Shown here in pieces: positions 1 through 12,562 of a stretch of DNA of 64,000 nucleotides. Position numbers and translations under genes: made by a program. Location: the NCBI RefSeq assembly GCF_963853765.1, contig NC_088858.1, positions 7,936,001 to 8,000,000 of the forward strand, given 5' to 3'. The notes under the pieces were generated by a model that did not search any database, was not told the DNA's origin, and saw only the letters and a program-made list of their open reading frames with translations. How positions within the stretch are numbered: position 1 is the first letter of the stretch; every line of letters begins with the position of its first letter. Source of the DNA: Magallana gigas. Its lineage: Eukaryota.

Positions 1-498
1 ATGCACAATTTCCAAGAAACACTTTTAAGACTATAAAGGCAATCATGCATGGTTTAATGTTGGGGGCCAGATAACAAGTTATTGATAGTTTAACAGGAGG
101 TGAAAAAACAATTCTCAACAGGGAATCCATGGACTTGAAAGTCAAAATGATCATTCTTGAGACCAGAGCAGATCTCCTGACTGAATTTATTTTACCCATT
201 CTCTTCCTTTTCCAGTCAAAAACCTGACTCAGTGGCATTTAAGCAGAGTGGATGCTTGCAAATGCTTGCCAAAATTCCCAGAAAACAAATTTTTAGTTGC
301 AAGCACCTGCTCTGCTAAACACGCCTCTGAAAACCTTCTGACAGAAATAATTCTGTTTAGATGTGGAAATTATTGCATTACTTATATCATTCACATTAAA
401 AAAAAAAAAATCATTTCCATTTTTTTTTAGGATCATTAATATATATTATATTTAGTCAAACCAAACAGCTATAAATATTTTCCTGCTTGTATTTAGAT

Positions 499-3400
499 AT
501 GTCCAATAATAATTCGAATGGTTACTCCTCCAATGGTTCGTTGGTGGTTGAGACCCATCACCACTTCCTAGACGAGCTGTACAAAATGATGGTTAAAGAT
601 GTTTATGACGGAGGGAGAAACCGGGACTCGAAAGTGGTGGAATTCAAACATCCCAAAGAGTTAGAGGCCTTGATGGATCTAGGGCTTAATAAGGAGACAT
701 CAGATGATAATCTACTGAAAATCTGTCAGGACATCATCAAATATAGTGTCAAAACAGGTGATTTGTTTTCTGAAATTTTTGAAGCAATTATAAGTACATA
801 TTGTGTATTACCAGTGCATACTTGACATTATACAGAAATCATTTTATATGCTAAAATAATAAATTGTAAACTGAGTAATAAAGAAATATAAAGTGTTTAG
901 AAAAATTGAAAATGAAAAATAAACTGGTACATGTTAGTACATTGTATTAGGTTAGAATTATTAAATCATTTTAGGGAATCCCCACTTCTTTAACCAGTTA
1001 TGGAGTGGACTGGATGATTACAGTTTGGGAGGGGCCTGGCTCACTGAGGTCCTGAATACAAGTGTGTAAGTCTATGTACTAGTGTGTAAGTACAAGTCTG
1101 TGTACAAATTTAGGTGCAAGTGTAAGTACAAGTGTACCAGTATGTACAAGTGTATGTAATGGGTGCAGTTTGTAGGTAAAAATGTATGTTCAAGTGTATG
1201 TCCTACCTTGAGAAGCAGGGTCCTCAGTACAGAAATGACTCGAACTGAATTAAAGAAGTACTAAGTAGAGAGATGTACTCAAGTGTAGTCTTCAGAAGCA
1301 AGAAGTACAGCAATGTCCTCAAATGTAGTCTGTAGAGGCACTAAAAAGAGAGATGTCCTCAAGTAATGTCTCTAGAAGCACTAATTACAGAGATATCCTC
1401 AAGTGTACCATTGTCTATAGAAGCATTTAGTACAGACATATTCTCAAGTGTAAGTCTTGCACATATTAAGTATCCTTCAGTGAGGTTTGTAGAGGCAATA
1501 ATTACAGAGATGTCTACAGCAGTAGTCTGTAGAGGCACTGAATTTGAATTATTATAAGAACCGGTACAGATATCTCAAGTGTAGTCTGTAGAAGCACTGA
1601 GTACAGAGATGTCCACTGTGAAACACACATTTCTTAATTACATTTACCGGTAAACATAAATAAAGACATTCCAGTGATGTTTGTACCTTGTTTTCTTCTC
1701 AGATATACATATGAAGTGTCACCTGTGTTTACATTAATGGAGAAGACACTGATAGAAAAAATGTTGAATCTCATTGGCTTCAAAGATGGGGATGCCATTT
1801 TTACTCCAGGTTTGTAAATGGTCTTCATGTTTTAAGTCCAACATCTTACCAAAATTTGATATACTTTCATGTAGAGAAAATGGATTAACTTCTAATCGTA
1901 CCAGTATGCTATATATATCAGTTTATAATATTCTTATGTCATGTTTTATGTGCTGTAGGTGGTTCCTTGGCCAACATGTATGCTTTGAACGTTGCTCGAT
2001 TCAAAAGGTTCCCAGATGTTAAGAAAACGGGGGTGTATGGTTTGCCCAAACTTTGTGTGCTTACTTCTGAAAAGGTTTGATAATTATCATTTTATAGCTG
2101 AAACACTTTTATGTTATATTTTATTTGTTAAAAAATATTTTTTTACACATTCATGATGAAAACTTTTATTAGATGTCAATTTGAAAATCATTAAACAACT
2201 TCATTATCAAATAAAGCATTTTTTCTTTAAATTTACCTGGGATGTAAATTCACTATGCTATAAATGGCTCAACAAATTCTTTTGTCAGGGTCACTACTCC
2301 ATTAAGAAAGGAATGGCTTTCCTAGGACTTGGTTTGGATAACTTAGTTAATGTCAAGGCTGACAGTAAGGGAAAGATGGATGTCCAGGACTTGGAGGACA
2401 AAATTCTTCAACTACAGAGTGAGGTAAGATATGATATTCAAACGTGTTCTGTGCTGTAGCTATTTTAAGGTCTCATATTTCCTTTCACATGTTTTCAACA
2501 AGGTTTGGAAAATTAAGCTTGAACATTATAATTTGTAAATTCATTGTCCAGGTTGATGAAAACTACATGTAAATGGGTAGTAATTTAATTTTGCTTCACA
2601 ATCAAAGACATAAGATTTACAATAAAATAGAATGAACTGTTTGTTAATTGCAAAATTGCATGTGAAACAAACACCACAGTTGAGCTCAGTACAATTTTCT
2701 GCTTGCTGATGAATTTTCCAGTCCAAGGTTCCCTACTTTGTGAATGCCACTTCTGGAACCACTGTGTATGGGGCGTACGACCCACTGGATAAGATAGCTG
2801 ACATCTGTCAGAAGTATGGTCTCTGGATGCATGTGGATGGGGCTTGGGGAGGCAGTGCCTTGTTGTCCAAGAAATACCGGGCCCTGATGAAGGGCATTGA
2901 TAGGTGAGGTACTAAAGAGACTATATTAACTATGCATTTATGTTACATTTATGGTACGTTTACAGTACATTTACATTACATCTACTTTACATTACATTTA
3001 CATGTAATAAAGAAGTTAAAAATCATTTTAACCATTAGCTTTCTCATAGCCAGAAACTTAAGGACAGATATATTTGCTGACTGTGGGCCAAGTTGCTAAA
3101 TTTTCTCATCTCTTATATACAGTACCGATTAGACCCAACCTAACACCAGAGTTTACTTTTGGGGTTTATTAGGGGTTTACTCTTGGTTTACTTTTTGAAA
3201 ATTTGGGTCCACTTGTGGTTTACTTTGGGTTTACTTGGAAATTGCTCTTGAGGACAACTGAACGCAATGAAGTGTAAAACAGATTTGTCTTTTATCTTAC
3301 CACCCTACTGCCTGTAATTCCTTCCCCTTGTATATTTCGAATACACAGTTAGCGTCTGCTTTCAGGGGTATATTTTTTACCGGGTTTATTCGCTGTGTCC

Positions 3401-5971
3401 ACTCTGGGTTTACTTTGGGTTTACTCTGGGTCCACTCTAGTAAACCCAGAAAGTAAACCCATGGTTTAGTTGGGGTTTACCTTCTGTTAGGTTGGGTCTG
3501 ATCGGTACTGTATTTTATGTCAACATCCTATTCTGTTTACCGTGCCTCTTTACACCTTTGTGAAGAATTCTCACAATTGATTCACATAAAATTTACACAT
3601 GCCTCTATGAACAACTGCTAACATTCAGAACCTGATCTTTATTTTTCATACCTTCAAAAGGAAAAATTTTGCTTTCTCATTGGTTTTCGTAAAATACCGT
3701 AATACCTATTCATGAAAATAACTTTGTCTACAGTCAGAAATCATTATTATAACAGTAAATAAGTTCACACTTGAATCTGGATGAGACATTTTTCAGAGTT
3801 GACTCAATGACATGGAATCCCCACAAAATGATGGGCTCTCCCCTCCAAACTGCAGCTTTCTTTACAAGACACAAGGTTTGTTACAATTCAAATGCTGTAG
3901 AGTGTAGATTTTCTTAGAATCTCTCCAAAGACAATAATGTTTCAAAATATTTTGTACCGGTAGTTGTATATTAAAAATGTCAATAATCCAGAATTGAATA
4001 CAGAAACTTAAACCACTAAATGTTTTACATTAGTTACTACACCGTGAAAAATCTATAGTCATTCAAATTTTTTGTCCAAATAAAACAAAGGTGTATTCAT
4101 TCTAATTTACTCGGTTATTTTGTCAGTCCTATAACTTTGAACTTACTACCTGCCGTATATTTGACATTGCTCACGGATTGTGTTGACAGAATCTCCTCCC
4201 TCCCTGCCACTCGGCCAATGCTGCCTACCTGTTCCAACAGGACAAGTTCTACGACGTCTCTTACGACACAGGCGACAAGTCCATACAGTGTGGCCGCAAA
4301 AACGATTCCCTCAAACTTTGGCTGATGTGGAAGGCCAAGGGAGATCAGGGCTTTGAAAGGGACATTGATAATCTCTTTGAATGTTCAAGGTAAAATATAG
4401 TGAGATTGACGATCCATAAAAATTTTTGCCTTAATTTTTCTTGTTTGATAATTTGATTAAAAGTGAGGAATTGATATCCGAGAGAAGCAGATCTCACAGA
4501 TTTTAAAAATCTCACTTTAATTTTTTAGACGCAAGTTAACTATAAGAAATCATGATAAAAATTCAGCGTTCTTGATTGGATTAAATACAATTGAATCGCA
4601 GAATTAAGTACTCGCGTAAAATACTAGTAAGGAATCATAGTATGTATCATATACCTAGCAGTGTATCAGCCCTGATACAAGTGTTTTGGACTAAGTGAGA
4701 CACCAACGGAAAGCTTGGGTTATATCGCTTTCAAAACGATACTTTTGTCAAGGGGGTGTATTGCCCTTAAATTTAAAATCATAAATTACCCATTACCTTA
4801 AATTAAAAATTTAAATTTTTATTAAATTTTTATTATATGTTTTCATGGCCCCTGTCTGTATTTGGGTCTGAAACTTATCACATGTATTTGATACCATAAC
4901 TACTGATTCTATGTATAGTTCTATGATATTTCTGAAATAATTCAACTTGTCAAGAAGTCTACAGTAAATGCAATTTTAGTATGATGTCAGCTGTCTATTC
5001 TGTTCATTTGTTTTCAACATTTGTTTTCAGATATTTAGCCAATTTGGTCAAGGAAAGAGATGGATTTGAATTGGTCATTGAAGTAAGATGATGTTGATTT
5101 TTAGAGAGATATAAGAATAATGGTCAATGGATACTTATTGATAACTTAAAACTTGAAGTTAAGCTATCATGATTAAATTTTATGTGATTGTTAGTACATG
5201 TACATTGTGATAGTTTTTTTTAAAATGCTGGTTTTTTTTAAATAATTGAGTTGGTTTGGGTTTCTTTTTTTTCAGCCTGAGTGTACCAATGTTTGTTTCT
5301 GGTACATACCGGCCAGCATGAGGGACCAGACCAGAGATGCTGATTGGTGGGAGAGACTGGGAAAGGTACATGTATAAACACACCCTTAATATAACTCAAA
5401 ACGTAGCTTGTATCGGTAATGATCTCTTGTTGTACTTAGCAGAGTTTGGTCAAGAGGAAAACCTCTCTCAATATTACTCATAATATAGATTGTACTCAGT
5501 CTTCTGGTAGCAGCAAGGATAAATAGAAATGATATGCTGTGATGCAGTAGGTTATAAAACTACATGTACAGATAAAAATGATGGTGGTAAATGAGACCAA
5601 GTATATAAAGCTTGTCCTGATTTACAACAAAACTTAGCATGGTCATCTTATAAGAGCAATGATAATTTAAAATATTCATCATGTATCTGCAAATCTTTAC
5701 TTGTTACTGAAATGTTGTATAATGAATGTAGAAATGTTTTAAGCACTAGCTATCAAATGACAACTTCTTTCTTTTCATTCCTACTTTTACATTAAAGGTG
5801 GCTCCAAAAATCAAGGAGGGGATGACCAAGGCAGGCACCATGTTGATCGGGTACCAGCCGGATGAGGAGCACGTCAATTTCTTCAGGATGATCATCACAA
5901 ACCTGGAGATCCTGAAATCCGACATGGACTTTGTAGTTAACGAGATTGACAGGCTGGGAAAGGATTTATAG
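499..5971 (+). CDS. CSAD: Cysteine sulfinic acid decarboxylase / GADL1-like group II PLP-dependent decarboxylase (11 coding exons)
   Basis: Exons read manually with GT-AG boundaries and a continuous frame: 499-757, 975-1065, 1703-1809, 1959-2074, 2289-2423, 2722-2903, 3797-3875, 4190-4389, 5031-5082, 5276-5365, 5798-5971 (TAG). Family motifs: [63 protein letters not shown]-lysine motif [55 protein letters not shown]. The selectivity triad is W-x19-S-x-Y (CSAD-like), not S-x19-N-x-F (GAD). An AG acceptor at 495-496, 2 nt before the ATG, implies an upstream non-coding exon. CSAD versus GADL1/ADC cannot be fully separated without a phylogeny. Confidence 0.9.
1066..1620 (+). repeat. Degenerate repeats in CSAD intron 2: a junction-derived ACAAGTGTGTAAGT-like low-complexity tract followed by a ~39-bp minisatellite
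   Basis: 1066-1200 reiterates acaagtgt/gtaagt, the exon-2 end plus donor. ~1260-1620 repeats ctcaagtgtagtctgtagaagcactaagtacagagatgtc-like units. Confidence 0.7.
3120..3510. mobile_element. Tc1/mariner-type MITE (391 bp)
   Basis: Terminal inverted repeats CAGTACCGAT(T/C)AGACCCAACCTAACA with one mismatch in 26 bp, TA on both flanks (3118-3119, 3511-3512), and internal GGGTTTACT subrepeats. Located in CSAD intron 6. Confidence 0.85.
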
Positions 5972-6723
5972 TTTATATCTCTGTAAATGGGGATCGCCCT
6001 GCGAGACAACAAATGGCATGCATTGACTGGATGAAATTTTACTGAGTACTGAGAAGGACATACCCAGATTTTTTTTGTTATGACAAAATAATTATTTTGT
6101 TTTCTCTTTAAATTCATGTTTGTTTTACCGGTACCTTTTGAATTTTTCACTTTGAGTGTTTCAAAGAAAGAAATTATAAGTGTTGTTTTTTTTTTCTCTT
6201 TTGAGAACTGATATACAGGTATATGCCGGTATTATCTTAATTTCCCTTTTATATTCTACATGTATATATTAATTTTAAAGATGCATATTTTGATTCAGAC
6301 TTACACAAAAATAGCAATTTAACCAATGTGTATTGTGCCTTTTTATGTTATTATCTAAACCAGTTGATCGTTTACAGAAAACTGCTTTGACCATGACAGT
6401 TTATTATACTTTACATACACCTCCCAGTGTCACCCAGTTTACAACTTGTTCAATTTGTTTTCTTTTATTTTTTTAACATGATTCATGGCATGTGAATGAT
6501 AAATTGGTCACATATATAGACTACAGGTATATTCATATTTTCATGCATTTGAGCAGCTGACTGTTTGATGTTATAAACACCGCATGATAAATTGCTCCAT
6601 ATTTTTTAGGCATTTATGAAGGGTTTTAATGCAATATATATCTGCTTTGGATACATGCATGTTCATATTCTCAGCTGTTTTTGTAATCAGTTGTTACATT
6701 TAAATGGAATACTATCTAAAGAT

Positions 6724-7551
6724 AATAAAACAATTATTAATATACATACAATCTGCTGGTATACCACATGATTATTATACCTATATTTGCTTTTTGTGTA
6801 ATCCGTTTTGAAATTTAAAACAATATTTATGTATCTTATGTTAAAATTACAGATGTTAATGTATGATACAATGCAGTAAGTACATTTATATTAAAGTTCG
6901 AGCATATGCATTTGCTGGTAGATAAGAGCAAGAGAGAGTTTTACAACTGACACTGCTGCTTTAAAGAATCTTTTCTCATCTCTTTATGCTGAATAAACAT
7001 ATTCCTGAACTTTTACCTCAATCTAGAAGACATACTGTGCGAGTTTCTAGTCTAGAATTACCTTTTTTCCCCCAAATATCTTGGCTTAATTTATATTAAC
7101 ATAACGAAATGTTTATAAAACATGATTTTATTTTGTTACATGTATCAGGTTCTGTGTTTCTATGTTATATGTATACACATAATGCTGTTAAAATTTGTGA
7201 ATTTGTGATGAATTGGTGCATGTTTAGTCCAGTTTTAATTTAAATATACAAGTGAGTATATTCTTTTGTGAAGAACTTGGTTGTTTCACTGGCAAAAAAA
7301 CATATTCACTGGTTAATAGAATTTAACTCATAAAGTATTCTTCTTATTTTATGCAAACAAATAGATCCAATTGCATTTTTTGTGAGTTAAGATTTTTCAG
7401 TTACTGTATGTAGTGCTTTTTTTTTTTCATTAGTCCACAATAGAGTCTGATTAAAACCGCCCCTGTCGCTGACAAGGGTAAGGAGAAAGGGCCCTCAAGG
7501 GGGGTTGGTTTTAATCAGACTGTTTACTATAGTACCAGTATTTGTAATAAA
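6724..7551 (+). terminator. Candidate CSAD polyadenylation signals
   Basis: AATAAA at 6724-6729, 6992-6997 and 7546-7551, downstream of the CSAD stop. Which one is used is unknown. Confidence 0.35.
7444..7521. mobile_element. 78-bp mini inverted-repeat element (MITE remnant)
   Basis: Perfect 15-bp inverted repeat AGTCTGATTAAAACC ... GGTTTTAATCAGACT around a GC-richer 48-bp core. Confidence 0.55.
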
Positions 7552-8256
7552 CACCTATTTGTTTACTTTATTATACTACAATCTGTTGATCTGCACAAGT
7601 TTGTTATGTATTGGTTGTGTAGCTGTCGGACATATTAAAATAAGTTGATCTTGATTTATTGTTTGGTTGTTTATCACAGAATCAACTCTCCATGTCATAT
7701 TGGTGAGGAAGACAAGGATTTGCTATGGTTGCCACATATGCTACTTAAACTGCTCCAGATTTTTCCAGACTTCATTTAATTCACTTATACTGATCGAAAT
7801 GAAAAAGACGGTTGTAATAACACCTTTCCAATAGTACATGATGCAGAGTTTATCCCTATGTTATCAAAAATATATAATTTATCATTTTCTGTGTTGTGTA
7901 TTTTTATATTTTGAACTCATATTAGCCCCCTTCTCATCCTCAATGGTCATTACGTAAGGTCTGGAAAAAAATGCGACATCTTCAGTGAAATGAATACACC
8001 AAAGATCCTCCATCTTCCTGTAGAACTGTTCATAATGCTTGTGCCTTTTTGTGATCAGTCTGCATCTGTCCATACAATATTATTTGTAAGAAGCGCAGTT
8101 ATATTCTATTTGACTTATTTGTACTCAGACTCTGTCAATACAATGCCTACGATAAGAGCTAGTATCTCTAAATCAATTTTCTGGACTAACAGGTCAAGGT
8201 AAAAAGGAAACCCTACATGTAAAATTCTTTCTTTTTAATTTAAGAGCATATTTTTT

Positions 8257-8278
8257 CTCTCTCTCTCTCTCTCTCTCT
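8257..8278. repeat. (CT)n microsatellite
   Basis: (CT)11 read directly from the sequence. Confidence 0.9.
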
Positions 8279-8328
8279 GGGTCCAGTTGGACTTGAAACT
8301 TCAACCCATAAAACAGTGCAGTCACCTT

Positions 8329-8413
8329 AAACCACAATTTTCAAAGGTCAGGGTCAAACCACAATTTTTTAAAGGTCAAGGTAAACCACAATTTTTCAAA
8401 GGTCAAGGTAAAC
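8329..8413 (+). repeat. 3 x ~28-bp tandem repeat, each unit carrying AAAGGTCA, upstream of ATG2
   Basis: Unit aaaccacaattt(t)caaaggtca(a/g)ggt. AAAGGTCA at 8343, 8371 and 8398. Confidence 0.8.
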
Positions 8414-8769
8414 TCTCGGTAAACATAATTTCCCATTTGGCTTCAGATGTGTGACTTGGACCAATATTTATTTGTCTTAAACAGCTGTTCAAAGATAAAT
8501 ACGAAAATTAAAAAGAAATGCTAAATTTGTTTAGAGTCATTAAATTGGTCTATGTTAGAGTTATCCTTTGGTCTTAGGCCTGTATTTTTAGACAGTCCCA
8601 AGGAAGTTCGATTGTTCACACGATGCAAAAAACGTTGTTTTCTTTTAAGTAAACTAAATTTTGCCCGATGGCAATCAAAGTCAAGGATCCGCCTTTAAAA
8701 AACGGCATTGTTTGACAAATACGCAAATCAATGCTTAGAGTGACCTCCCTTAGTGAACTCTTCAGGAAA

Positions 8770-8895
8770 AACATCAAACTACGTCAGAACTGTAAATAAA
8801 GAGAAATGTATTGCTCACTTACTGTCAATGTTTACGTTTTCTGAGCAATGTAATTCTGTGATATTTGATACAATTTTATATTCAAATGTAAAAAA
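8770..8895 (+). promoter_or_regulatory. Putative ATG2 proximal promoter/5' leader with a CRE-like site and a Forkhead core
   Basis: TACGTCA (CRE-like) at 8780-8786 and TGTTTAC (FoxO/FoxA core) at 8829-8835, within 120 bp of the ATG. Short motif matches only; TSS unknown. Confidence 0.3.
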
Positions 8896-11800
8896 ATGCC
8901 TTGGACATTTCCATGGACAGAATTTTTGAAGAAAAGAGCATGTCGATACCTTTTACAACATTATTTGGGACAGTTTTTGAAAGAGAAACTGTCTCTAGAT
9001 CAACTGAGTGTTGATCTGTACAATGGAAGAGGCTCGATCAAAGATTTGGAGCTGGATGTGGAGGTACCGTTTATATTTTGAGTTGTCGGAGCTTTATTCA
9101 ATTTGAATGTGTCATGGGTAATCTCGGGCAAGACATGGACATGGGGTCTTGCATTATTCTGTTATAATTGAGAAAGGGAACTTAAAAGAGCAGAGACAAT
9201 AATTTACTCAAAGTTCAGATGAATTAAAAAAAATATAATAAGTTTCACATGTGCAATTAAATTTCATTTGAGGCCACCCATGTTAAACCATCATTTTAAG
9301 ACTGGGGGGTTTTTTTGTCCCGTAGACATGCAAGTCGGTCTATAATAATGTTGTGTCGAATCATATTGGATCATATGAACAGTCACCAATGCAATATGTA
9401 CATGAAGTTTGGTGGTGAAGTGCTTGAACATATTTAACTCTATGCTTTCAGGCTTTGAATGAAGCCTTGGATTCCAGCAGTGTACCACTAGAGATAGTGG
9501 ATGGCTTCATTAACCAAATCTCCGTGTCTGTTCCCTGGACCAATCTGATCCAGAGCAGCACAGAGATGGAGATCCAGGGACTAGAGATCACAGTACAGCC
9601 CAAACAGCGCATGGAAAATGGTGGGCAAAACTCACAATATAATACACATGTCATATTCACTTTACTGTGGAATTATATATTTTTTCCTTTATTTCTTTCT
9701 ATTAGTTATTGTGACAATTTATTCTAGACTATTTGAAATAAGTGTCATTGATGAAAAGTTTCATGTGAATATTTGCAAATTTTCAATAAAGACAAAATGA
9801 ATTTTACCATGATCTGAAAAACTTTGATACATGTTGTAATTTACTATGAACACTGTGCTTCATATAAAATATTTGCTTTTTAAGAATACTTAAATACCAG
9901 CTAATATTTGTGTATAATTATTATTTCTGTGTTTTCAGTGGGGGGCCTGGAGACCATGTTCAACAGCATGTGCAGCATGACCAGCAGTCTACAGATAGCG
10001 GAGGACTGCCTCAAGTCCACATCAGATGCAGACCAGGGCCAGGACCTGGGCACACCTTTTGAGGGCGTGCAGAAGTTTGCCCAGACCATTGATTCTGGTG
10101 AGTAAGACCTATGGTGAAATGGAGAAATGCCTGTAGAGATATTCCAACCATACATCAAACTTTTAATGAATTAAGCTTCCTTTATTGGTGTCAGGGTTTT
10201 TGGCCTATTATAAATTGGTAATTGGTATTTGTGTAAAATAGCCATAATTAGCTTAGACAGAATTTTAATTAATCTGCGTTATAAAGGACTTTTTGTGAGC
10301 TTTGTGACTATCAAAGTTAAATTATGTTTAGTTATTAAAAGTTTAACCTTTTAATGTTTGGTGATGTATGTTTAATGTTCATTGCATACATTGTGCATTG
10401 AAAGATAAGATGTTATTTTCAAATTACTTGAAAAAATCACAAAAGATGAGAACACATGTATATTAATTAAACAAGGAAATACCTTCTTAGTTGATCAAGT
10501 TTTACGTTTTTTCTTAACATATTTTTAAAAATTGTAAAATCTTTATAGAGAAAAAATCTTTCATTAAAAAAGAATGGAATGCAAGATAGGAATAACGTAA
10601 ATGATTACTGGTATTTTAAATTTTATTTTGCATTTTATTCTTTTGGACGGCAAGATAGCAACACACATCTGTACACATTACAAACATTCTCCGATAACAT
10701 GAGAAGAAATAACCAGAAGTTCCTGGTTGGTGTATGAAATTAAAATTCAATACAAGGAAACATTGCTGAATTGATAGGAATAAGATTTGATCAAATAATT
10801 TACGTTTCCGTGATTGATTTCAATCTCTTACAATTAGTAAAATGCTTGTTATTTCACTCTGATTGGACATATCTATTTATAGTGCTGTGCAGGGTGAAGG
10901 TCACCTTGATTGACACAGTTGTGAGGGTGGAGCACCTCCCTGACTCAGCAGAGAAGGGCGTGGCACTTGAAATCAAAATCAAACGGTGATTATTTGATAT
11001 TCTACAAGTGGAAACTTGTGTATAGATTGATAGAGGAAACTGCAATTTGTTTCATTGAGATCTCCACAAAATGAACTTCTTTCTAATTTAATCTTTCGGA
11101 TATACTTATTTATGAAATGGATAAATACTTCGGATCTGTTCTCTGAAAAAAATCTTGGAACAAGTGAAAAAAAAATTCCATTCATTTAAAGTTTATGAAT
11201 TGATTTTGTTGCTATACAAGCATATGTAGGTACATATCTCTCAATACGGACTAACAGTTTTCTTTCCACTTCAGAATAGAGTACTTTGACGACATGGCGA
11301 AGGAGGAGGGCAGTCCAGTGGATGATTCCTCCAGAACCACGTGGGAGCCAGCAGCCATCGCCCACAAGAACCTGCTGATAGACGGCATGCAGATTCTGTG
11401 TGACGAGTTCAGTCGCCCCACTCATCAGACCCCCTCCAGAATGTTCTCGTCTGACTCGTACCAACAGGTCTTATCTACCATGGTCATGTATCTGATGTTG
11501 GATGTATATCTATAGTTTATGCTTTGTTAAAATTCTAAATGAGGAAAGCTTATGAAATAATCTTTTAATTTAAAGTTCATGTGTTTCTCTGTAAAGGAAA
11601 ATTTAGATAAGGAATCTTTGAGGTAATGATGACCATGTATCCTATTATAAAAGTGTGCTCTTCTTCATATCATTATTCTTTAATTATAACACTGGTAATT
11701 AAAGGATTTCATATATTTTTTAAGCTTTTTTAATACAACATCAAAGAAATTGTAAAGCACACTCTACCTGTGTCAGTTTTTGCGCAGATTTTAATGGATG

Positions 11801-12475
11801 CGTATTATCTAGTATATAATGTTTCATGTGATGATGCATTTGGTTGTACAGTTTACTTTAACAGTTTATCAGGATACAGAAAAAGTACAAAAATTAAAAA
11901 AAATTAACTGTATTGGTTCATTATATCATTTTTCCATCACTCATACAAACCATTCATTCTATCTCTGTGTGGTTTGACTTTTTTCAGACTTTCATGTCCA
12001 CTACAAGTTCCCCACCCTCTCCACTGGACAATCAAGGTGGGACAGTCCCGGTATCGGAGGTCTTCTCTGACCCGGTACAGATTGCCGGATTCACAGGAAA
12101 GTCCAGTCTGAAAGTCAAACTCAAACAGGAGGAAGGCGTGCAGGGGCCAAAGGTATATCAGTCAGTCAGCAAATTGTCCTAACCCTCTAGTGAATATCCT
12201 AGCTCTATATCACATTCAAGGTTGTCAGTAAGCCTTTTTTACTGTCAACTGTTTACAAGAAGTGCACAAGTTTTGCACATATTCAAAATACCTGGTAATA
12301 TAATGCACATTATTAGGGTCCACAAGTATTACATGTATATGGCTCTGAAATGAAATCGGGGATAAATAATCATGAAAAACTGAACAAGAATTTATTTATT
12401 TAAAGATGTCCATAATTGTATATGTTATTACATACCATATACATTATTACTTATTAGGTTAGTTACTGACTCACT

Positions 12476-12512
<37 letters not shown>

Positions 12513-12529
12513 GAGGCGAAGCCGAGCCG

Positions 12530-12562
<33 letters not shown>

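Noticed and set aside
1-238. Minus-strand frame open from an ATG at 238 off the window edge (MPLSQVFDWKRKRMGK...), and a coding-like plus frame with stops
   Set aside because: No recognisable family or splice support, and it is truncated by the window edge, so it cannot be evaluated.
4430-4790. Repeat-like CpG-containing block in CSAD intron 8
   Set aside because: Probably a transposon fragment, but I could not define termini or a TSD.
499-5971. Horizontal transfer of CSAD from marine bacteria because of the W-S-Y motif
   Set aside because: Ten spliceosomal introns and typical animal GAD/CSAD motifs throughout. One shared residue is not evidence of transfer.
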